DNA of 64,000 nucleotides from an uncultured Eubacteriales bacterium (GTDB lineage Bacteria; Bacillota; Clostridia; TANB77; CAG-508): NCBI GenBank assembly GCA_902787685.1, contig CADAHH010000004.1, positions 96,310 to 160,309 of the forward strand, read 5' to 3'. Shown piece by piece: positions 1 to 7,225 of this stretch (position 1 is its first letter; each line of letters starts with the position of its first letter). The notes under the pieces were generated by a model. It saw only the letters and a program-made list of their open reading frames with translations, ran no database searches and was not told where the DNA came from. The position numbers and the translations under genes were made by a program.

Positions 1-1190
1 GGATCTCCTGTTAATGTTCCATCTTCTGCTATTTTAGTATCATTACATAGCATTCCATTATATACAAGTAGCTTTACTTCTTGGTTTGCATTTTCGTATT
101 TAACAATATCATCTAAATTTACCATATCATAAACATGGTCATTAACAAACATTTTTTGTACTGTCATTTGGTTTTTAGTTAAAGTTCCCGTTTTGTCTGA
201 ACATATAACTGTTGCTGAACCTAATGTTTCAACAGCTGGCAAGTTTTTAACAATTGCATTTTTCTTAACCATTTTTTGAACACCAATTGCTAAAACAATT
301 GTAGATACTGCTGCAAGCCCTTCAGGAATTGCAGCAACTGCTAAGCTTACTGCTGTCATAAACATAGATACTGCATCTCTTCCTTGAAGCATTCCTGCTG
401 CAAATATTACAGCACAGATTATTAAAGATACTATTCCTAAAGTTTTTCCTAAACTATTTAATTTTGCTTGTAATGGTGTTTCTCTTTCTTTTCCTGAAGA
501 TAACATTCCTGCTATTTTTCCAACTTCTGTATTCATTCCTGTTTCTACAACAATTGCTTTTCCTCTACCATAAGTAATAAGACTTGAAGAAAATAGCATA
601 TTAACTCTATCTCCAATTGGAACTTCTTCTTGATCTATTTTTTGAGCTTGTTTTTCAACTGGTACAGATTCTCCAGTTAATGATGCTTCCTGAGCTTTTA
701 AGTTTACAGCATCTATTATTCTTAAATCTGCAGGAACATAATCTCCAGTATCTAATACCACAATATCTCCAGGTACTAAATCTGATGCTGGAACAACTAA
801 AACACTTCCATTTCTTAAAACTTTTGCCTCATGACCACTAAGTTTTTGCAAAGCTTCTAATGATTTTTCTGCTCTAGCTTCTTGTGCAACACCAATAATT
901 GCATTTGCAATAACAACTACTAAAATAATTATAGAATCTGTAATTGCTTCTCCTTGAGCAATTGATATTGCACCAGATACAATTGCAGCTATAATTAAAA
1001 TAATAATCATAAAATCTTTAAATTGTTCTAAAAACTTGACAAATAAAGATTTTTTCTTTTCTTGTTTTAATTCATTTGGTCCAAACTTTTCTAATTTTTC
1101 ATCCACCTGTTCTTGAACTAGACCATTTTCAATATCTGTAGCTAATTCTTTAGCTACTTCTTCAACTGTTTTATTAAACCAATTTGACAT
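1..1190 (-). CDS. P-type cation-transporting ATPase (Ca2+/Mg2+-type), N-terminal part; 3' end lies outside the window
   Basis: Absent from the ORF track because it runs off the window. Manual translation from ATG at 1188-1190 (GGAGG 7 nt upstream) gives MSNWFNKTVEEVAKEL..., with VICSDKTGTLT at ~183-215 and ...LTGDP at the window edge. Confidence 0.9.
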   Translation of the reverse strand, partial: MSNWFNKTVEEVAKELATDIENGLVQEQVDEKLEKFGPNELKQEKKKSLFVKFLEQFKDFMIIILIIAAIVSGAISIAQGEAITDSIIILVVVIANAIIGVAQEARAEKSLEALQKLSGHEAKVLRNGSVLVVPASDLVPGDIVVLDTGDYVPADLRIIDAVNLKAQEASLTGESVPVEKQAQKIDQEEVPIGDRVNMLFSSSLITYGRGKAIVVETGMNTEVGKIAGMLSSGKERETPLQAKLNSLGKTLGIVSLIICAVIFAAGMLQGRDAVSMFMTAVSLAVAAIPEGLAAVSTIVLAIGVQKMVKKNAIVKNLPAVETLGSATVICSDKTGTLTKNQMTVQKMFVNDHVYDMVNLDDIVKYENANQEVKLLVYNGMLCNDTKIAEDGTLTGD

Positions 1191-1208
1191 TTTATTTCCT
1201 CCAAATAT

Positions 1209-1237
1209 TTGACAAATAAAAATAATATGTGTATAAT
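1209..1237 (+). promoter_or_regulatory. Consensus sigma-A type promoter (TTGACA-17-TATAAT) firing away from the ATPase gene, antisense to its leader
   Basis: TTGACA at 1209-1214, 17-nt spacer, TATAAT at 1232-1237. Predicted transcript of ~90 nt ends at the hairpin plus T-run at 1292-1337. Confidence 0.5.
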
Positions 1238-1243
1238 ATCTAT

Positions 1244-1337
1244 AGGAAATAAGTATCGCAGAAATGCGGTTGCCTAATTATAAAAGTATAAACTACACAT
1301 CGCTCTGCCTAAGCAAATGTGTAGTGTTTTTTATTTT
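1244..1337 (+). ncRNA. Candidate small RNA, cis-antisense to the ATPase 5' leader and convergent with the small ORF at 1331-1441
   Basis: Bounded by the consensus promoter and an intrinsic terminator (stem actacacat/atgtgtagt followed by gttttttatttt). No ORF or SD inside. Confidence 0.35.
1292..1337. terminator. Hairpin with a T-run on the plus strand and an A-run on its 5' side; shared 3' end of convergent transcripts
   Basis: actacacat (1292-1300) pairs with atgtgtagt (1317-1325), followed by a T-run. Confidence 0.55.
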
Positions 1338-1441
1338 ATCTGATTATTTACCCATTGTATGTATATAATACATAGCAAGGCTAAATTCATTAAAAATGAA
1401 AACATATAGCTTATTATTAAGAATACTATTATTTTTAACAT
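1331..1441 (-). CDS. Small hydrophobic peptide, 36 aa (MLKIIVFLIISYMFSFLMNLALLCIIYIQWVNNQIK); type I toxin-like, or a leader/accessory peptide of the ATPase
   Basis: Below the ORF-track size cutoff. Strong SD AGGAGGTGAGG lies 4 nt before the ATG. One predicted TM helix. Own promoter TTGTAA-17-TATAGT at 1553-1525 (minus strand). Confidence 0.45.
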   Translation of the reverse strand: MLKIIVFLIISYMFSFLMNLALLCIIYIQWVNNQIK

Positions 1442-1563
1442 ATAGCCTCACCTCCTAACTCTTGATTATGAATCAAGGTCGAAGGCAACATACACATCTA
1501 CTTTACTTATTTCCTGTAGGAAATACTATACTACTTTTTTATACAAATTACAAGCGAACATTT

Positions 1564-2037
1564 TTAATTTTTATCTTTTTTAAAAATAAATATTTTACTA
1601 AACACATAGTTTAAAACTATAACTATAACATTTGAAATAATTTTCATTAAAATCTCATTAAGTCCCAGTTCATCTATTACTATTTTTAGAAAAATTGTCT
1701 CTACTACAAGAGTAAATATTCTTGCACTAAAGAAAGATATTATTTCCTTTGCTAATTCTTGTTTCTTGGTAGTTTTAGAGTCAAATACATATAGTTTATT
1801 TGTAACATATGCAAATAAAACCGCTATAGTCCATGCAATTACATTACTTATAATAGTTGATAAATGTAATATTCTTTCACATATTGCAAATACAACAATA
1901 TTTATTATAGTTGATAGTACACCAAATACTAGATATCTCATTCCTTCTCTATGTTCTCTATACCAATCAGCTAATTTTTTTAATCCTATTTTTTCTGCAA
2001 TTTTCAAAAAAAATTCTTCTATTTTATCTATTATCAT
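1564..2037 (-). CDS. GtrA-family membrane protein
   Basis: Four-TM GtrA-like pattern (RYLVFGVLSTIINIVVF...YVTNKLYVF...). Start moved to MIIDK (GGAG 5 nt upstream) because the track start at 2070 lies inside a repeat. Confidence 0.7.
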   Translation of the reverse strand: MIIDKIEEFFLKIAEKIGLKKLADWYREHREGMRYLVFGVLSTIINIVVFAICERILHLSTIISNVIAWTIAVLFAYVTNKLYVFDSKTTKKQELAKEIISFFSARIFTLVVETIFLKIVIDELGLNEILMKIISNVIVIVLNYVFSKIFIFKKDKN

Positions 2038-2050
2038 TTTTTCTCCTTTT

Positions 2051-2100
2051 TTCATTAAAACCTGTCCCATTTGCTAAATGGGACTGTCCCCAATGAAAAA
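2051..2100. repeat. 50-bp hairpin repeat, family A copy 1 (ttcattaaaacctgtcccatttgctaaatgggactgtccccaatgaaaaa)
   Basis: Nearly identical to 3451-3499. Core stem is gtcccattt/aaatgggac. It encodes the last 8 codons and the stop of hslO. Confidence 0.85.
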
Positions 2101-2976
2101 TTCCAATTCTTCTTTACTAAAATGATATTTCTTATGGCAGAAATTACATTCAGTATCTATTTTTCCATCTTCTTCAAGTATTGTTTGTATTTCTTCTTTT
2201 CCAAGAGATCTAATTCCTCTTTCAAATTTGTCTTTTGAACAATTACATTTATATTTTACTTGAAGATTTTGTTTTAATACTTCAATATTCTCATCACCTG
2301 TAACTATTTTTGCAATTTCTTCTAAACTTAAATTTTCATCTAACATAGTTGAAATTGGCTTTGAAGTAGCTATTGCTTGTTCTATTTTTGTTATATCTTC
2401 ATCTGTTGCATCTGGCAAAGGATTTATTATATATCCTCCTGCTCTTTTAACACCATTTTTATCAACAAGCACACCTAGTGCAAGTGCAGTAGGTTTTTGT
2501 TCTGATTTTGCAAAAAATTCTGTAAAATCTTCTGCAATTTCTCCAGATACAAGTGGAATAATTCCATTATATTTTGCATTTGTTATGTCATTTTGTCTAA
2601 TTACGTTTAAAAATCCATAATTTCCAACTGCTCCACCAACATCAATTTTACCATTTTCTTTTAAAGGCAACTCTAATTTATTTTCATCTGCATAAACTTT
2701 TATAGTTGCAGTTCTTAAATCTTCTAGCTCACAAATTGAAACTATAGTTCCGATTGGACCATTTCCTTTAATTTGAATAGTTAGGTTGTCAGAAGTTTCT
2801 TTTAAATTTAAATGTGCCATCATGCTTGACACTGTTGCAACTCTACCTAAAACTGCAGTGGTTGTAGGTGTTAAATCATGTATTTTTCTAATTTCTTCTA
2901 CTAAAGCTGTAGTATCTAAACACATTACAGCTACTCTTTTTTCATGTGCTAAAAATTTCGTTATCTTATTTTCCAT
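2074..2976 (-). CDS. hslO: Hsp33 redox-regulated chaperone
   Basis: Hsp33-like sequence with the C-terminal zinc motif CNCSKD...CNFCHKKY. Start set at MENKITKF (AAAGGAG upstream). Confidence 0.85.
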   Translation of the reverse strand: MENKITKFLAHEKRVAVMCLDTTALVEEIRKIHDLTPTTTAVLGRVATVSSMMAHLNLKETSDNLTIQIKGNGPIGTIVSICELEDLRTATIKVYADENKLELPLKENGKIDVGGAVGNYGFLNVIRQNDITNAKYNGIIPLVSGEIAEDFTEFFAKSEQKPTALALGVLVDKNGVKRAGGYIINPLPDATDEDITKIEQAIATSKPISTMLDENLSLEEIAKIVTGDENIEVLKQNLQVKYKCNCSKDKFERGIRSLGKEEIQTILEEDGKIDTECNFCHKKYHFSKEELEFFIGDSPI

Positions 2977-3164
2977 TTTTGCTCCTTTTTCAATCAAAAA
3001 ATATGTTTTAATTTTATAATATTTTCTTTATTTTGTCCACAATTTTCATAGTATTTTATAGTAAATTTAATTATTTTTATACTTTCGACAGATTATTACA
3101 AACTTCGCATTTTATAAATGATATACTATGCTTATGGCTATATGCCTCGAAAGGAGGTGATAAT

Positions 3165-3296
3165 ATGCCTACAAAAGAACAAAAGAGAAAAGGCTCTTCA
3201 AAATTTCGTAAGCTAATACATAATACCTTTTGCTATTTAGATAAAGTTTACAAAATTCTAAGAGTTATTGACCTTATTGTGAAATTATTTCATTAA
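3165..3296 (+). CDS. Small basic/amphipathic protein, 43 aa (MPTKEQKRKGSSKFRKLIHNTFCYLDKVYKILRVIDLIVKLFH); candidate type I toxin
   Basis: SD AAGGAGGTGA lies 4 nt before the ATG at 3165. Extended -10 (TGaTATACT, 3119-3127) upstream. A cctc/gagg hairpin can sequester the SD. A terminator follows directly. Confidence 0.5.
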   Translation: MPTKEQKRKGSSKFRKLIHNTFCYLDKVYKILRVIDLIVKLFH

Positions 3297-3302
3297 TAGG
3301 TC

Positions 3303-3337
3303 AAAAAGCAGGCATTTTGGGATGCCTGCTTTTTTTA
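3303..3337. terminator. Bidirectional intrinsic terminator
   Basis: aaaaagcaggcat / atgcctgcttttttt, with an A-run and a T-run flanking a GC-rich stem. Confidence 0.8.
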
Positions 3338-3366
3338 TGACTATTGATAATATGCCTACAATTATC
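3303..3366 (-). ncRNA. Candidate antisense antitoxin sRNA (~60 nt)
   Basis: Minus-strand TTGCAA (3400-3395)-16-TATAAT (3378-3373). The transcript begins with the complement of the direct repeat at 3345-3361, which equals 3158-3174 (SD end, ATG, codons 2-3 of the small ORF), and ends at the shared terminator. Confidence 0.4.
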
Positions 3367-3450
3367 AATATTATTATACTACAAATCAAAAAAATTGCAA
3401 TATTTTTTGATAGATTTGTTTAAAAATCGTTCGAGCTTTTTCGACATTGT

Positions 3451-3499
3451 TTCATTAAACCTGTCCCATTTGACAAATGGGACTGTCCCCAATGCAAAA
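3451..3499. repeat. Hairpin repeat, family A copy 2
   Basis: ttcattaaacctgtcccatttgacaaatgggactgtccccaatgcaaaa. It abuts the hydA stop codon at 3500-3502. Confidence 0.85.
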
Positions 3500-5251
3500 T
3501 TATATATTATATTTTTCTCTCTTTGTATAACTCGTATGCAATAATTTTTCTGCTATTTCGCTTCCTGGTTTTTGTAGAAATTCTTCGTATATTTTCTTTA
3601 CAACTGGATTTTCGTGTGATTTTCTAATTGTAGATTTTTCATCTATTGAATATAATGCATTTGCTCTTAATGCTCTTACATCAACTTCTGAACGTATTTT
3701 TGAGGATTTTATTGGTTGACCTCCACCCATTACACATCCTCCAGGACATGCCATTATTTCTACAAATTGATAATCTGCTTTTCCTGATTTTATTTCTTCT
3801 AATATTTCTCTTGCATTAGCTAGTCCACTTGCAGCAACTACTTTAATTTCTTTTCCTGCAATATTTACTGTTGCTCTTTTAATTCCGTCTCCACCTCTTA
3901 CTTGTTCAAAATCTATTTTTGGTAAATCTTCTCCTGTTAAAGTATCCTGAGCTGTCCTTAAAGCTGCTTCCATAACTCCTCCTGTTGTTCCAAAAATTGC
4001 AGCTGCGCCTGTTGCTTCTCCCATAGGCGAATCAAATTTAGACTCTTCTAAATCCGTAAATTCAATATTTGCTTGTTTTATCATTCTAGCAAGTTCACGT
4101 GTTGTAATTACATTATCAACATCACATAATCCATCATTTTGCATTTCTTCACGTTGTCTTTCAAACTTTTTAGCAATACATGGCATTACAGAAACCACAT
4201 AAATCTTTTTTGGATCTATATTTTCTTTTTGCGCATAATATGTTTTTATTAACGCTCCAAACATTTGATGTGGTGATTTACAACTAGATAGATGTGGTAA
4301 CAATTCTGGATAATTCATTTCTATGAATCTTATCCATCCCGGGCTACATGATGTTATCATTGGAATATGTTCATTTGCTGTAAATCTTTCAATAAATTCA
4401 TTTGCTTCTTCCATAATTGTAAAATCTGCACCTGTGTTTGTATCAAATACTCTATCAAATCCAAGTCTTTTTAAAGCTGTTACCATTTTTCCAGTTACAT
4501 TTGTCCCTATTTCCATTCCAAATTCTTCACCTAGAGCGACTCTAACAGCTGGAGCAGTTTGAGCTATAACAATATTTTCCGGATCTTGTAATTTTTTCCA
4601 AACCTCTTCAGTAGTATCTTTTTCATGTAATGCTCCTGTTGGGCAAGCTTCAATACATTGTCCACAAAATGTACAATTTACATCATTTAAAGAATTTTCA
4701 CCTGTAGTAGAAATACAAGATTCAAATCCTCTATTTATGCATTCAATTGCTCCTATTTTTTGAACCTTTTTACAAGCTGAAACACATCTTCTACATAAAA
4801 CACATTTATCTGCATCTCTGACAATTGATGGTGATAAATCATCTATCTTATGTGATTGCATTTCTCCTGCGAATTCTATGTCTTGTATATTAAATCTTTT
4901 GCACAATTCTTGTAATTCACAATTTCCATTTCTAATACATTTTAAGCAATCTATTTTATGATTTGAAACTATCAAATCTAAAACAACTCTTCTTGCTTCA
5001 ACAACAGCTGGCGTATTTGTATGTACTATCATTCCTTCTTCGACTTTAGTAATGCATGAAGTAGCAAATCCACGTCTACCTTCTACTTCAACAATACACA
5101 TTCTGCAATCTCCAACTTCATTTATTTCTTTTAAGAAACAAAGTGTAGGAATATCAATTCCTGCTTTTCTTGCAGCTTCTAAAATAGTAGTTCCTTTTTG
5201 AACTTGTATATTTTGATTATCAATGGTTAGATTTACTAAATTATCTTCCAT
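3500..5251 (-). CDS. hydA: [FeFe]-hydrogenase catalytic subunit (HydA of a HydABC-type enzyme)
   Basis: H-cluster motifs TSCSPGW, MPCIAKKFE and MACPGGCVMGGGQP, plus N-terminal 2Fe-2S and 4Fe-4S Cys clusters. Start set at MEDNLVNL (AAGGAGG upstream). Confidence 0.9.
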   Translation of the reverse strand: MEDNLVNLTIDNQNIQVQKGTTILEAARKAGIDIPTLCFLKEINEVGDCRMCIVEVEGRRGFATSCITKVEEGMIVHTNTPAVVEARRVVLDLIVSNHKIDCLKCIRNGNCELQELCKRFNIQDIEFAGEMQSHKIDDLSPSIVRDADKCVLCRRCVSACKKVQKIGAIECINRGFESCISTTGENSLNDVNCTFCGQCIEACPTGALHEKDTTEEVWKKLQDPENIVIAQTAPAVRVALGEEFGMEIGTNVTGKMVTALKRLGFDRVFDTNTGADFTIMEEANEFIERFTANEHIPMITSCSPGWIRFIEMNYPELLPHLSSCKSPHQMFGALIKTYYAQKENIDPKKIYVVSVMPCIAKKFERQREEMQNDGLCDVDNVITTRELARMIKQANIEFTDLEESKFDSPMGEATGAAAIFGTTGGVMEAALRTAQDTLTGEDLPKIDFEQVRGGDGIKRATVNIAGKEIKVVAASGLANAREILEEIKSGKADYQFVEIMACPGGCVMGGGQPIKSSKIRSEVDVRALRANALYSIDEKSTIRKSHENPVVKKIYEEFLQKPGSEIAEKLLHTSYTKREKYNI

Positions 5252-5294
5252 TTTATTTCCTCCTTTTTTCTCCATTCGTATTGGAGATATTTGG

Positions 5295-6935
5295 CTATTT
5301 TTCTAACAAATATGCATTTATATTATAATTGTCAACTAAATCATTTTCATCATAATTAATGCTTAAATAGTATATTATTAATTTTTGATTTTGATTTATT
5401 ATTATTTCATTATTATTATCAAAATAATTATTCATTTCATTTTCGCTTAATACTTCTTTTTTCTCTATAAATTCTTTTATCTTCGGATATATATTAGTTT
5501 TTATTTTATTTGATTTAGTCTTAAATTCAATATTTGAAAAAGCTTTTTCTAAACTTTGTTCTTGATTTCTTGAATAACTTGATGTTTCTATTTTTGATAT
5601 GTAATTATATCCTTTTATTTCAAGTCTATCATTATTGTTATTGTTTAAATATAAAGATTTATAATTTTTGTAACCATAATAGCCTTTTGCTTGTTTATAA
5701 TTTGTAATAGTATTAATTTGTTCTTTATTGAGATTATCTTTAATATATTTCTTTCCTTTTTTCGTATATTGTAAATAGTAATATGCTCCACTTATTTTTT
5801 CTTTATCCTCATCTGTTAGTTCTGACTTTTGACTATATATGTTTAAGTTTTTAATTTGACTATATATAGACACATCAAAGGCATTTACTATCGGTACTAA
5901 AACAGATATTATTAATAAAGCATCTGCAATTATTATTAAATTCTGAATTTTTTTATTCTTAAGAACATAACATAAGATATATAATACTTCAAATATTATA
6001 AAAACTATTCCTGCATATCTTATAGGAGTAATTCCATTTTTTAAAATTCTTATTCCCAATGTATATATCTGTAATAAAATAAATGGACTAAAAATCAATG
6101 GAAGTTTTGTACTAATTTTATACATTAATCCTTCTTCTTTAAAGTAATTCATAACTGTCCAAATAAATCCACCTACAATAAATAAGGCAGTTGCTATTCT
6201 ATAAATTTGATTTTTAGGTATATCTCTTAATGCGAATATTTTTATAATATATAAATAAATAATAACAAATGCTGTAATTATTAATGGCATAAGTACATAT
6301 TTAATAAGATTTTTGAAAAACTTATTTACATCATCATCTAGGTTTATAAATGAATAAATAATTTTTGTGCTATAAAAAAATCCAACAATTAATATTTCAA
6401 TATTGTCAATATATTTACTTGTAACATCTAAGATTAAAACATCAAAAACCCAAAGTATTGAAGCTACCCCTATTGCTAAAACTCCATATACAAAACTTGA
6501 CTTTGCAATATTTATTGCTACTTTTAGCAGATATTCAGAAAAGTCTTTTTCAGATTTTTTTATAATACAATGTATACTTATTGCACACATTGTTGCAATA
6601 TAACATACAAGCCATTTAATAACTGTATCCTCATATTTGTTTATAAAAGCAAAATGGATAAATACATAAGAAATAATTGCTGTTAAAACATATAACCCTA
6701 TTCTTTTCTTACCTTTTTCAAAGACATTTTCTGCAAAAAAAGTACCCACTCCCCATATTGTACCAAACATAAACAATTTTTGAATCCACTCTTCATCCAT
6801 TAAATCTGTGTCCATTAATATTGCAAAAAGAAATGATACTATATATATAAGTGTTAATGTTAATGGATATTTTTCAAACAGCTTTTTTAACATTAACTTA
6901 AAATTTGTAATTTTATCTTTTATTTTGAATTTCAT
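5295..6935 (-). CDS. Polytopic membrane protein of unknown function with an Asn/Lys-rich C-terminal domain
   Basis: Many hydrophobic segments. Start moved to MKFKIKDK (GAAAGGAC upstream), because the track's 29-codon extension reads into repeat sequence. Confidence 0.6.
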   Translation of the reverse strand: MKFKIKDKITNFKLMLKKLFEKYPLTLTLIYIVSFLFAILMDTDLMDEEWIQKLFMFGTIWGVGTFFAENVFEKGKKRIGLYVLTAIISYVFIHFAFINKYEDTVIKWLVCYIATMCAISIHCIIKKSEKDFSEYLLKVAINIAKSSFVYGVLAIGVASILWVFDVLILDVTSKYIDNIEILIVGFFYSTKIIYSFINLDDDVNKFFKNLIKYVLMPLIITAFVIIYLYIIKIFALRDIPKNQIYRIATALFIVGGFIWTVMNYFKEEGLMYKISTKLPLIFSPFILLQIYTLGIRILKNGITPIRYAGIVFIIFEVLYILCYVLKNKKIQNLIIIADALLIISVLVPIVNAFDVSIYSQIKNLNIYSQKSELTDEDKEKISGAYYYLQYTKKGKKYIKDNLNKEQINTITNYKQAKGYYGYKNYKSLYLNNNNNDRLEIKGYNYISKIETSSYSRNQEQSLEKAFSNIEFKTKSNKIKTNIYPKIKEFIEKKEVLSENEMNNYFDNNNEIIINQNQKLIIYYLSINYDENDLVDNYNINAYLLEK

Positions 6936-6996
6936 AACTAGTCCTTTCATTCTGTCAATAGGGACGGACCTTTTTGACAACTTTTTCTCATGCATA

Positions 6997-7225
6997 TAAC
7001 AAATCAAAAACGAGTATTGCAATGCTGAGGCTGTTCGAATGCAAGTGAGTTACAGCGTCAGTATGCACAGCAGGCAAAAGTAATTTACCTTCTTACTCTC
7101 CGTTGAAAAAGAATTAAATTTTGGCAAGGAAAATTGTAATTAAAAGGCAAGGGCGCGTACGAGGTGTACGTAACCGCGTTTTAATTACAATTTGACACAG
7201 CCCAAAATTGTAATTATTTTTTAAC
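6997..7225. repeat. Composite palindromic intergenic repeat (families B and C)
   Basis: The first ~70 bp match 39861-39930 almost exactly (acaaatcaaaaacgagtattgc.atgctgaggctgttcgaa...gtgagttacagcgtcagtatgc). The 3' part is a long hairpin aaaattgtaattaaaa...cgtacgaggtgtacg...ttttaattacaattt followed by aaaattgtaattatttttt. Confidence 0.8.
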
